A DNA stretch of 64,000 nucleotides from Bacteroidota bacterium (GTDB lineage: Bacteria; Bacteroidota; Bacteroidia; Palsa-965): contig JAAFIA010000002.1 of assembly GCA_013298545.1 (NCBI GenBank), forward strand, positions 50,830 through 114,829, given 5' to 3'. Within the stretch, counting starts at the first letter, position 1; each line of letters begins with the position of its first letter. The notes below the pieces were generated by a model, which had not been told where the DNA came from, did no database searches, and saw only the letters and a program-made list of their open reading frames with translations. The translations under genes were made by a program, and so were the position numbers. Positions 26,203-35,257 of the stretch are shown in pieces.

Positions 26203-27078
26203 TTAAATGTTTTTACTCAAGCGCCCGAAAACGCCTAACGGCAAACGATTTCCGGCTGTTGCTTGCAAATACAATTCTCCTATTTCCAATTTGCTTTGTT
26301 TTTGTCCTGCAAATAAATTCTCTAAAATCATGGCCGAAAATCCGAGCGAATACGCATTCAAAATCAGAAAATGTTCGCGCTCATCGAGTAGCTCACAAAC
26401 GCTTTTTACCATTTCGTTGATGTTGTCTTCTAGCTTCCACTTCTCGCCATTCGGGCCGTGCCCATAAGCGGGCGGATCGAGAATAATGCCGTGGTATTTA
26501 TTTCCTCTGCGCTGTTCGCGTTTTACAAATTTCAACGCATCTTCAACCAACCAACGAATATTATCAAGTCCCGAATGCGTCATGTTTTCGTTTGCCCACG
26601 TAACCACTTGTTTAATGGAATCGACGTGCGTTACATCTGCACCCGCAGCCCGCGCTGCAAGCGACGCGCCGCCGGTGTAGGCAAACAAATTCAAAAATTT
26701 CGGTTGTTCGGTTTTCAGCTTTGCAATGCTTTCCGCGATATAATCCCAATTTACAGCCTGCTCCGGAAAAACGCCTACGTGCTTAAACGAAGTAAGCGCA
26801 AGCCGCAACGAGATGGTTTCGCCGTTGGGTAAGGTGTACGAAATGTTCCAACGGTCGGGAACATTTTTATGCTTTTTCCATTCGCCAGACGAACTGCTTT
26901 TGGGAACAAATTCAAGGTGCGCTTGGTTTTTCCATTCGCGCTCAGAAAGCGCAGGATCCCAAACCGCTTGCGGTTCAGGGCGAATGGTAATGACTTTGCC
27001 AAAACGTTCGAGCTTGAGAAAATTTCCGGAATCGATCAATTCATAATCACGGAATCGGGTAGGCGAGAGGAGAAGCAT
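26203..27078 (-). CDS. class I SAM-dependent (rRNA-type, COG1092-like) methyltransferase
   Basis: ATG at 27078. Motif I FLNLFAYTGGASLAAR, motif IV IILDPPAYG. Confidence 0.75.
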   Translation of the reverse strand: MLLLSPTRFRDYELIDSGNFLKLERFGKVITIRPEPQAVWDPALSEREWKNQAHLEFVPKSSSSGEWKKHKNVPDRWNISYTLPNGETISLRLALTSFKHVGVFPEQAVNWDYIAESIAKLKTEQPKFLNLFAYTGGASLAARAAGADVTHVDSIKQVVTWANENMTHSGLDNIRWLVEDALKFVKREQRRGNKYHGIILDPPAYGHGPNGEKWKLEDNINEMVKSVCELLDEREHFLILNAYSLGFSAMILENLFAGQKQSKLEIGELYLQATAGNRLPLGVFGRLSKNI

Positions 27079-27230
27079 CGGCGCAAAGATAGAGAAAGAG
27101 CCTTGGCTTACACAATTGACACGCGGCAACATTTCCTTCGCGCAGCGCTGCGCTCCTGACGCTGCCTTGTTTGTTGTTTTCGGCAAATATAAAATCGGTC
27201 AATTCGTCAATTCTCTATCTTTGCAGCCTT

Positions 27231-28784
27231 ATGTCAGAAAACCGAAAAGTGCGCGTACGTTTTGCGCCAAGTCCAACAGGACCGCTTCACATGGGTGGAG
27301 TGCGTACTGCTTTGTACAATTATTTATTTGCTAAAAAACATGGCGGCGATTTTATTCTCCGCATCGAAGATACCGACCAAGATCGTTTTGTTCCGGGTGC
27401 CGAAGAATACATCATCGAAGCCTTGAAATGGTGCGGCATTGAGCCAAACGAAGGCATTGGTTTTGGCGATGGTCCTTGCGCGCCATACCGCCAAAGCGAA
27501 CGCAAAGAAGCGGGTGTTTATGCCCAATACGCACAACAGCTCATCGACTCTGGAAACGCCTACTATGCATTCGATACCAAGGAAGAACTCGATGCGCAGC
27601 GCGAACGTTATGAGAAAATGGGCAAAACATTTTCGTACAACGCCATCTCGCGCCAAGAATTAAAAAACTCGCTTGCCCTTTCGGAAGACGAAGTTAAACG
27701 CCGCATTGCCGATGGCGAAACGTATGTGGTTCGCGCCAAAATGCCACGCAACGAAGAAATCCGTTTTCATGATTTGATTCGCGGCTGGGTGGTTGTTCAC
27801 TCTTCGCAGTTGGACGATAAAGTTTTGTTTAAAAGCGATGGTATGCCAACGTATCACTTGGCCAATATTGTGGACGATTACACCATGCAAATCACACATG
27901 TCATTCGTGGTGAAGAATGGTTGCCTTCTGCTCCTTTGCACGTTTTGCTTTACCGTTTTTTAGGTTGGGAAAATGTGATGCCGCAGTTTTCGCACTTGCC
28001 GCTTTTGTTGCGTCCTGACGGAAATGGCAAACTGAGCAAACGCGATGGCGATCGTTTAGGTTTTCCGGTATTTCCGCTCTCTGGCGAATTGCTTGATATT
28101 AAAACCGGTCAACCCGAAAAATTTACGGGCTACCGCGAAACGGGTTATTTCCCCGAAGCCTTCCTCAACATGCTTGTTTTGCTTGGCTGGCACGGCTCTT
28201 CGAACCAAGAATTATTTACCAAAGAAGAACTCATCGAAGCCTTTTCGTTGGAGCGCGTGAGCAAATCGGGCGCAAAGTTCGATGCTGAAAAAACGAAATG
28301 GTTCAACCAACAATATTTGCGCGCTAAGTCAGATACAGAACTTGCTGCCGCGCTGCAACCCATTTTGAAAGAAAAAGGCATTACAGCTTCCGATGTTTAT
28401 GTAACTGAGGTGTGTCGGTTGATGAAAGAAAAAGTAACCTTCATTCCTGAATTTTATTCCGCAGGATATTACTTCTTCGCCGCACCAACAACATACGATC
28501 AAGGTGTTGTGGCCAAGCGTTGGAACGAACAAACGGCTGCGTGTATTTTGGCCATTAAAACTGCGTTTGCCGGATTGAACGAATGGACAGCCACATCGAC
28601 CGAAGCTTCCTTCAAGGCGGCAGCAGAAGCTAGCGGAACACCTGCGGGACAAGTCATGCAATTGTTTCGTGTGTGCGTGAGCGGCGAGGCGGGAGGACCT
28701 GTTTTATTTGAAATGGTTGCTTTGCTTGGAAAAGAAAATATTTTGGCGCGGTTGGAGAAAGCGTTGGCCGGTATTGGTAAATAA
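27231..28784 (+). CDS. gltX: glutamate--tRNA ligase
   Basis: ATG at 27231. The HIGH-type motif is PTGPLHMGGVRTAL and the KMSKS-type motif is GKLSKRDG. The length fits GluRS. Confidence 0.95.
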   Translation: MSENRKVRVRFAPSPTGPLHMGGVRTALYNYLFAKKHGGDFILRIEDTDQDRFVPGAEEYIIEALKWCGIEPNEGIGFGDGPCAPYRQSERKEAGVYAQYAQQLIDSGNAYYAFDTKEELDAQRERYEKMGKTFSYNAISRQELKNSLALSEDEVKRRIADGETYVVRAKMPRNEEIRFHDLIRGWVVVHSSQLDDKVLFKSDGMPTYHLANIVDDYTMQITHVIRGEEWLPSAPLHVLLYRFLGWENVMPQFSHLPLLLRPDGNGKLSKRDGDRLGFPVFPLSGELLDIKTGQPEKFTGYRETGYFPEAFLNMLVLLGWHGSSNQELFTKEELIEAFSLERVSKSGAKFDAEKTKWFNQQYLRAKSDTELAAALQPILKEKGITASDVYVTEVCRLMKEKVTFIPEFYSAGYYFFAAPTTYDQGVVAKRWNEQTAACILAIKTAFAGLNEWTATSTEASFKAAAEASGTPAGQVMQLFRVCVSGEAGGPVLFEMVALLGKENILARLEKALAGIGK

Positions 28785-28803
28785 ATAGACTTGCAAATAA
28801 ACA

Positions 28804-28836
28804 AACGAGGCCAACAAAATTTTTGTTGGCCTCGTT
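28804..28836. terminator. bidirectional intrinsic terminator (gltX / convergent T9SS cargo gene)
   Basis: AACGAGGCCAACAAAA-T-TTTTGTTGGCCTCGTT is a perfect 16-nt inverted repeat. Confidence 0.7.
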
Positions 28837-28859
28837 GCATTTGGGGCTGATTAAATTTT

Positions 28860-31037
28860 TTACTGAATCACAAGGCGCGCACTGCGCATTCCGGTTGCTG
28901 TTTGTATTTGTACAACATAAACACCCGCTGCAAAATTTCCTGTTTCAATATTGACTTGTGTTGTTTGTGTTAGTTGTGCCGAGAAAACAGTTTCGCCCAA
29001 AACATTTACCAACGTAACTGTTCCGCTAACAACTTGTTCGCCAAAATTAATGGTTACGTTTTCGTCTGCCGGATTGGGAAATACCTGCAAAGAAGACACT
29101 TTGTTTTCGGCAACATCGGTTGTAATGACAATTGGCGAATCAGAGGCGTTGAAGATATTGCTGGCGCGCAAATAAGCTACAACCGCGCTTTCGCCATTAA
29201 ATGTATTGTTTCCCCATGCCGGAACACCCGATACAGGCATGTTGTTTCCTGTACCCACATGTTTTCCCACAACAATAATTCCATCAGCCGTTTTAAACAT
29301 ACCATACAAACGCACATTGTCGCCGCCTTGCTGTGTAATGGTGTCCCACTGCCCAACCAAAATAGAACTGTACAACGGCTTCTCAAATGTGGGTGTGTAA
29401 AGACGTACAAAATCATTCCAGCATGAATTGCCCGTTCCTGTTTGACGAATCATTTTTTGATACGCGTTAGCTGTTGTAATGGTGCGGCGACCTTTTCCAA
29501 GAACCACAACAGAACCATCTGCCGTAACTTTCATCATGTTTTTGCCCAAGTAGGTTGTGTTTACGTTTGGCCATCCGCCATTCGGATTTGGCCAGTTGTC
29601 GAGGTTTGGATCTGGGTGGGGTGAACCGAGGCCATTCGTAGTATTGTTATACTCCGCAACGTATGTACTGTTCATCAATGTTCCGTCCACTGTTTTCAAT
29701 TTGCCCAACCACGAGATATGAATATTTCCGTTTGATCCTGTAAACTGATTTTGAAAACCCGAAGCAGCAGGATTGGCCGCAATAACATTTCCTTCCCAAA
29801 GATTCTCTACGTTGTTTCCGTGGCAACGTGCCGACACCACTAAAATTCCAGCATTTACAGGTTGCGAATAATCAATCGCTAAAGCATCTACATATTGGTC
29901 TGGCGTAGAATTGGTCGTATCGTTATTCGGCGTTACCTCGTGGTACAAACGCGACCACCACAAAAGCAAACCATCGTTGTTCATGGCCATTACGCCCGGT
30001 TCAAAATCAGGGTTACCGTCAGGCAAAACGCTTTTGGTATTGAAACCAATATACATGTAATTGTTGCGACGATCTATACAAATAGACGATGGGCCATAAG
30101 TAAATGTTGCTGCTGGCGAATATCCGGTATAACCTGGTCCAGAAGTCGTATTGCCGGGCTGGCCTGGAGCGCACGGCGAATTGTACAAAACATCAAGCGG
30201 CCATTTTCCTTTTTTCATCCCACCATTTCCGTCTGGAGTCCACGCATCATAATCAGCCTGATTGGTGGAGCGTAATTCGCACCGATTCGCATCGCGTTTA
30301 AAAACAATACCACTATGATCCAAGCCAGAAGGGCCGCCATTGGGATACGAGTTTGCATCGCCATAATACTCTGAATTGTTCAAATCCCAATGCACGCGCC
30401 AATCGTTCACCACATCGTCTGTTCCGTCTGCTTTCAACCGATAAATGGCCGACCAATTATAATCATGCGAATCGCCATAAGCGTAAACCACTTTTCCATC
30501 GTTGCCCACATCCCAAGGCTGATAGTTTTTGACATTTTGCCCCGTTTTGGCTTTCACGTTTTCGATCCACATAAAACCTGTTGGGTTACCATTGACAAAA
30601 TTATAATCGAGGCGACCGATGAAATAACCTCCTGTTGTATTGTCTTCTGTTGTGCCGCTAATGTATATATCGCCGGTGGGCTGGCCAGGCGCGTTGGTTG
30701 TTTTGATAAATCGAAAATCTTCTGCCGCGCCTTGTGGCAAATGATAAACAGCCAACATGGTTTGCAACGTGCTATCAAATTCGATAATAAACGCAATACG
30801 ACCTGTTCCTTGGTTGTTGGTTATGCCCGGATTGTTCCACTGCGTTACTGGAACGTTTTGAGGAATCCAAAGCAGATCGGATGCTGCGCCCAAAATAAGC
30901 ACATGCCCATTGGAGATTTGAATCACATCGTTAAACGTTTCGTTGCCGTTTCCGCCAGCATACGTTACCATGTTTGTTTGCGCATTTGTGGCTGTACAAA
31001 CAAACAAGAGCATTGCAAAAAGTAGTTTTTTAAACAT
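28860..31037 (-). CDS. secreted protein with T9SS C-terminal sorting domain (function unknown)
   Basis: Signal peptide MFKKLLFAMLLFVCTATNAQ. C-terminal LQVFPNPADENVTINF...GVYVVQIQTATGMRSARLVIQ. Confidence 0.7.
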   Translation of the reverse strand: MFKKLLFAMLLFVCTATNAQTNMVTYAGGNGNETFNDVIQISNGHVLILGAASDLLWIPQNVPVTQWNNPGITNNQGTGRIAFIIEFDSTLQTMLAVYHLPQGAAEDFRFIKTTNAPGQPTGDIYISGTTEDNTTGGYFIGRLDYNFVNGNPTGFMWIENVKAKTGQNVKNYQPWDVGNDGKVVYAYGDSHDYNWSAIYRLKADGTDDVVNDWRVHWDLNNSEYYGDANSYPNGGPSGLDHSGIVFKRDANRCELRSTNQADYDAWTPDGNGGMKKGKWPLDVLYNSPCAPGQPGNTTSGPGYTGYSPAATFTYGPSSICIDRRNNYMYIGFNTKSVLPDGNPDFEPGVMAMNNDGLLLWWSRLYHEVTPNNDTTNSTPDQYVDALAIDYSQPVNAGILVVSARCHGNNVENLWEGNVIAANPAASGFQNQFTGSNGNIHISWLGKLKTVDGTLMNSTYVAEYNNTTNGLGSPHPDPNLDNWPNPNGGWPNVNTTYLGKNMMKVTADGSVVVLGKGRRTITTANAYQKMIRQTGTGNSCWNDFVRLYTPTFEKPLYSSILVGQWDTITQQGGDNVRLYGMFKTADGIIVVGKHVGTGNNMPVSGVPAWGNNTFNGESAVVAYLRASNIFNASDSPIVITTDVAENKVSSLQVFPNPADENVTINFGEQVVSGTVTLVNVLGETVFSAQLTQTTQVNIETGNFAAGVYVVQIQTATGMRSARLVIQ

Positions 31038-31248
31038 TGTCCGGTTTTTTATTTGGTGTTGCGAATCGTTGTGATAATTGTTTCACAGGTGCCAGCAATA
31101 GCAAGCGATTTATCAAATAGACACATGATGCGATGTTTTGTTTTTGCGAAACTAGATTTTGTTTACGCGCGAGGCAATTTATTTTCCCCTTTAACAAATT
31201 GTTTTTGTTTTTTGTATTATTACACATGATATTCATTTTTAGATTATT

Positions 31249-32706
31249 ATGAAAGAAAAATTGATTGATTCTGTTCTTTTTCAATTGGTTGAAAAACTTG
31301 GTTCTGCCGAAAAAAAAGCCCTGCATTTGGCCCTTCCGCGCTATGGAAAGAATGAATCTGGGCGATCAAAAGCACTTACACGTTATTTATCCGGTAGCAG
31401 CACAAGCCTCGATGCGTTTCCGCTTTCCGAAAAGTATGTCTTGTTTGATCGCATCTTACTTTTGCTCACCGATATTGGGCCTCAACGCACAGAAGTTTTT
31501 CTGCGCAAAGAATTAAACCGAATACAAATATTGACCGATCGGCAGCTTTATGGCGAAGCCCTACGAAAAAGCGAAGCAGCCATCGAAAAAGCACATCGAT
31601 CTTGGTGTTTACAAGAAGAATTTCGCCTACGCGAAGTACGCGACCTCCTTTTACTCAACCATTACAAACAACGTGTTGGCGATGTTGATCTAAGTCCAGA
31701 ATTTGTGTTGCTCCGAAAAATGACACGCATGTTGGAGTTGCGGCAGTTGGTGTTGGAAATGTACCGTATTGAGTTTCGCGAAGGGCAACCACATGCTCCT
31801 GAACAAGAACGCGCCTTTCGACTCTTGTGGAATGGAAAGCTTGAAACCTTTTCCGAAGTCGATTTAACACCACCCGGATTGCTTGTCCTTCACAATGCGC
31901 GAGGCTTTGTTATGAATCGCTTAAATGATATTCCAGCTTCTGTTTCGCACTATAAAAAATCATTGGCCTTATTTATACAATACCCCCGACTAAACATTGA
32001 TTATGCTATGCAGCGGTTGGCCATTCACAACAACCTACTTGTGGTTTTGGCAAGGCAAAACAAGGCTGATGTTTTTTACTCCGAACTCGACTCGTTTCGA
32101 TCCATTGAGGCTGATTTGATTAAATTAAGAAGGCCCGAACTTTTACGGCGACTGGCTATTCGCGCCATCATGCAAGAGCTTGATTTTTTAACACGTCAGC
32201 ATTTATTCGATCAAGCAACGACCTTTGTTGCAGGCAAAGAGGCCAACATCATCGAAATGCTGAGTAAAACAGATGCGAGTGAACGGCATTTTATTTATCA
32301 AAAATTTGCGCTTCTTTTTTTCCAACAAAACGATTTTCGGCAAGCGCTGCGTTGGAGCAACCGCTTGCTCGATGAGCCAGAAAATATGGTTCGGCAAGAC
32401 ATGTTGTATTCGGGTTTTATTTTCAACCTATTGATTCATTTTGAACTCGAAAACTTTGGCTTGCTCGAATCGCGTATGCGCAATTACCGTAAGCGTTTCT
32501 CTAAAGAAAGATCGTGGGCCATTTTTCGCGATCTCATTTTTCCTGTTTTGCGCAAAGCCGCTTACGAAGACGATAAAAACACACAAACAAAAATACTGGT
32601 CAACTTGCTCGACAAACTAACTGCCGGTGGTCATCAAAACGAAGTGCTTTTTGGCGATTTACTTCATTGGTTGAATAAAAAACAAGTGCTTTTGCCTGCT
32701 TCATAA
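31249..32706 (+). CDS. hypothetical all-helical (TPR-like) protein, paralog of 61417-62877
   Basis: 485 aa. It aligns by eye with the 486-aa product of 61417-62877, e.g. LLIHFELENFGLLESRMRNYRKRFS against LIIRYEIGDFDFLERRIEQVKKEFS. Confidence 0.6.
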   Translation: MKEKLIDSVLFQLVEKLGSAEKKALHLALPRYGKNESGRSKALTRYLSGSSTSLDAFPLSEKYVLFDRILLLLTDIGPQRTEVFLRKELNRIQILTDRQLYGEALRKSEAAIEKAHRSWCLQEEFRLREVRDLLLLNHYKQRVGDVDLSPEFVLLRKMTRMLELRQLVLEMYRIEFREGQPHAPEQERAFRLLWNGKLETFSEVDLTPPGLLVLHNARGFVMNRLNDIPASVSHYKKSLALFIQYPRLNIDYAMQRLAIHNNLLVVLARQNKADVFYSELDSFRSIEADLIKLRRPELLRRLAIRAIMQELDFLTRQHLFDQATTFVAGKEANIIEMLSKTDASERHFIYQKFALLFFQQNDFRQALRWSNRLLDEPENMVRQDMLYSGFIFNLLIHFELENFGLLESRMRNYRKRFSKERSWAIFRDLIFPVLRKAAYEDDKNTQTKILVNLLDKLTAGGHQNEVLFGDLLHWLNKKQVLLPAS

Positions 32707-32736
32707 ATGTTATTTTTGCGGTCTAAATATTGAATC

Positions 32737-33087
32737 ATGGGAATTATCCGCGTTGAAGGAATCCGCCTGTATGCGTTTCATGGCTGCCTCGAAGAAGAAG
32801 GCCGTATTGGTGGCGAATATACGGTGGATGTAACCATTGATACCGATTTTACAAAAGCCGCCCTCAGCGATGAGTTGATTGATACGGTTGATTATTGCGA
32901 AGTTTTTGAAGTAGTAAAAGCCGAAATGGCCATCCGCGCAAAACTGATCGAGCATGTTGGCCAACGCATCGTTGATCGCTTGCGCAAAAATCATCCCCAA
33001 ACAAAAACCATTCAGGTGCGTGTCATCAAACACGTTCCTCCCATGAATGGACCTGTTCAACAAGTTTCGATAGAGATTGTGGGTTGA
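32737..33087 (+). CDS. folB: dihydroneopterin aldolase
   Basis: 116 aa. IRVEGIRLYAFHGCLEEEGRIGGEYTVDV...DTVDYCEVFEVV is typical of FolB. Confidence 0.85.
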   Translation: MGIIRVEGIRLYAFHGCLEEEGRIGGEYTVDVTIDTDFTKAALSDELIDTVDYCEVFEVVKAEMAIRAKLIEHVGQRIVDRLRKNHPQTKTIQVRVIKHVPPMNGPVQQVSIEIVG

Positions 33088-33138
33088 TGTTGGCGGAGTG
33101 ATTGATTTTTTTACCTTTGCTCTCCCGCTCTGAAAAAA

Positions 33139-33209
33139 TGGTCCTGTGGCCGAGCGGCTAGGCTCAGCTCTGCAAAAGCTGCTACAGCGGTTCGAATCCG
33201 CTCGGGACC
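33139..33209 (+). tRNA. tRNA-Cys (anticodon GCA)
   Basis: Hand-folded, 71 nt. Acceptor GGTCCTG/CGGGACC, anticodon arm CAGCT-CTGCAAA-AGCTG, T arm AGCGG-TTCGAAT-CCGCT, discriminator T (U73, as expected for Cys). Confidence 0.9.
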
Positions 33210-33214
33210 TCAAA

Positions 33215-33241
33215 AAGCTCTTCCTTTGGAAGGGCTTTTTT
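33215..33241 (+). terminator. intrinsic terminator after tRNA-Cys
   Basis: AGCTCTTCC-TTT-GGAAGGGCT followed by TTTTTT. Confidence 0.6.
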
Positions 33242-33270
33242 TGTGCGATTGCTTTTGTGTCGATTGAATA

Positions 33271-33448
33271 AGAAGCTGTTTAAAATTTATTTTTGAGAAT
33301 TGTTATGATGGATTTTTGTGCCAGACGAGGCACGTTTTGCAGGCGATAGTAGAACGACTACGGTCAAAAAACGCAACGAAGTATGGTGCAAAAAGACACA
33401 TAACAATTCCGAGGCTTCGGAACGAAGGATGAAATTTAAACAGCTTCT
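33271..33448. repeat. 178-nt element bounded by nested inverted repeats (MITE-like or structured RNA)
   Basis: Outer arms AGAAGCTGTTTAAA (33271-33284) and TTTAAACAGCTTCT (33435-33448). Inner arms GAATTGTTATG (33297-33307) and CATAACAATTC (33399-33409). Confidence 0.5.
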
Positions 33449-33545
33449 AAGGAAATGCGAGCTTTATTCGGCCATATTATGTTTTGATAATGCTGTGTTT
33501 TCGAGAGCGTTATTTTTATTGTTTAAAACAGATCAAGGCCTGTGT

Positions 33546-34337
33546 TCACTTTTTGCTTTTTACCTTTTCGACATAATATCTCAGAAACCATGCTGGCGTA
33601 TCTTTTTCTTTCAATTGTGTATCCCATACTTTTTTGCCATCAATTATTTTAAAATGATTGAACATGACATGTTTTTCTTTTGAATTGTCGAAAAAGAATG
33701 CTTGATAGGCCGTTTGAGATGCCTCGTATAAAAGATCAAGAGAGCGATAATACCTGCTTTCAATACGTTCAGGCGGTACAGCATGCCCTCCTTTTGCTAC
33801 TCGAATATCAACTCTGTACTTATTGATTTCAGGAGCGTTTGTAGAAACAAAATATAAATAAACTTTGTAGCCGTTTCTTACGGCCTCTCGCATAATTTCA
33901 ATTTTTGATGTATGTGAAAAAACCGTTTCAAATGAAAATTTTTTCTTTTCTCTGAGTAGTTTTTTACGAAGAAAATCAGCTACAATTTGAGCCAGCTCTT
34001 CTATCGAATTCGGATCTTTTGCTCTAATTGTGTTTGACGTAAATGAAAAGCAAGCAGTAAATTTTTTCTGTGGAAATCGTTCATTAATAAGACCAGAACC
34101 TATTGCTATTTCTTCAAACTCTTGTCTGGTCGTTTCTATTTCGTATGTTGAAAAATTTAGCCCCTCTCTTATTTCATTCACTAAATCATCTGCATTTACA
34201 TAAATGCCAAAGTCTAATCGTCCTGCTTCTGTAATGTATTCCCGAATTGATCTAATGATTGTGCTTTTCCCTGAGCCATTTGGACCAGCAAAAACACGCA
34301 TCCTTAATTCTTGCTGTTTTTTATTAGTCGAGGACAA
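33546..34337 (-). CDS. zeta-toxin-like P-loop protein (COG4185-type predicted kinase/ATPase)
   Basis: Walker A VFAGPNGSGKST, then FETVFSH, then YLYFVSTNAPEINKYRVDIRVAKGGHAVPPERIESRYYRS...FFFDNS, which matches the zeta/COG4185 block order. Confidence 0.7.
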   Translation of the reverse strand: MSSTNKKQQELRMRVFAGPNGSGKSTIIRSIREYITEAGRLDFGIYVNADDLVNEIREGLNFSTYEIETTRQEFEEIAIGSGLINERFPQKKFTACFSFTSNTIRAKDPNSIEELAQIVADFLRKKLLREKKKFSFETVFSHTSKIEIMREAVRNGYKVYLYFVSTNAPEINKYRVDIRVAKGGHAVPPERIESRYYRSLDLLYEASQTAYQAFFFDNSKEKHVMFNHFKIIDGKKVWDTQLKEKDTPAWFLRYYVEKVKSKK

Positions 34338-34581
34338 CTTCTGCGGAGCTTTTACTTACTACGATCTTTGATATGCGTTCTTTTTCACCTGATGCATACA
34401 GCTTGACAACCCATCCGTCTTCCTCTTTAACTGTATATCCAAGAAGGTTCATCGCGTCTAACTCCTCATTTTTTGTTCCCTTCGTAACGGCTCGTATCAA
34501 CGCTCTTTTTGTGAGATAGGCTATTCCTTTTTTAGGCCCAACTTTTTTTCCTAGCTTTCTTTTCTTTGCCTTTTTTTCCAT
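34324..34581 (-). CDS. small basic protein, candidate antitoxin/partner of the zeta-like gene
   Basis: 85 aa, upstream of the P-loop gene and overlapping it by 14 nt. The assignment rests on position only. Confidence 0.4.
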   Translation of the reverse strand: MEKKAKKRKLGKKVGPKKGIAYLTKRALIRAVTKGTKNEELDAMNLLGYTVKEEDGWVVKLYASGEKERISKIVVSKSSAEVVLD

Positions 34582-34699
34582 AATTCAAATGTACATAAAA
34601 TGCCAGAAAAGACCAAATAAGTCAATGATACAATAAGCCACAAAAAAATTTCTCTTTTCGGGTTACCTTTACATCTTCTTCCGTATTAATCCCAAACCA

Positions 34700-35257
34700 A
34701 TGGCTGCTCATCTCTCCGATACCGATTTGCTCGAAAGCCTCAAACGTGGCGATTCGGCTGCGTTTCGGCAGGTGCATGTGCAGTATTTTGGAATGATTCG
34801 TTACTTGATTCTCAACAACAACGGACGCGAAGAAGATGCGCGCGATGTGTTTCAAGAAGCACAAGTGGTTTTGTTTGAGCACTTACAAGCCGGAACGTTT
34901 GAGCAAAAAGCAACACTCAAAACATGGCTCTATGCTGTATGTCGCAATAAATGGTTGAAACGCCTCGAAAAAGAAAAACGGCAAGTACGCTTCACCGATT
35001 TTGAAACCGTAGAGCCATTTGATGATGCGTCTGATGTAGAAGCAAAGAGCGAACAACACGCGGTTTTGCGCCAGAGCTTAGACATGCTCGGCAATTCGTG
35101 CAAGAAATTATTGTTGCTGTTTTATTTTTTCCAGAAGAGCATGGAAGAAATTGCCGACGATCTGAATTATACCAATGCCGATACCGCAAAAACACAGAAA
35201 TACAAATGCCTGCAACGCTTAAAAGCCTTGTATAAAACACGCGAGCAAACCATTTAA
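34700..35257 (+). CDS. ECF-type RNA polymerase sigma-70 family factor
   Basis: Region 2 reads EDARDVFQEAQVVLFEH...TWLYAVCRNKWL. Region 4 reads MEEIADDLNYTNADTAKTQKYKCLQRLK. Confidence 0.85.
   Translation: MAAHLSDTDLLESLKRGDSAAFRQVHVQYFGMIRYLILNNNGREEDARDVFQEAQVVLFEHLQAGTFEQKATLKTWLYAVCRNKWLKRLEKEKRQVRFTDFETVEPFDDASDVEAKSEQHAVLRQSLDMLGNSCKKLLLLFYFFQKSMEEIADDLNYTNADTAKTQKYKCLQRLKALYKTREQTI

Noticed and set aside
30390-31025. 211-aa plus-strand ORF
   Set aside because: It is antisense to the T9SS cargo gene 28860-31037, which has a signal peptide and a C-terminal sorting domain.
32710-33213. 167-aa minus-strand ORF
   Set aside because: It overlaps the whole of folB on the opposite strand and runs through the tRNA-Cys gene. 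It has no motif support.
33318-33683. 121-aa plus-strand ORF in the tRNA-Cys islet
   Set aside because: Its 3' half is antisense to the well-supported P-loop gene and its 5' half covers the nested inverted-repeat element. The composition looks non-coding.
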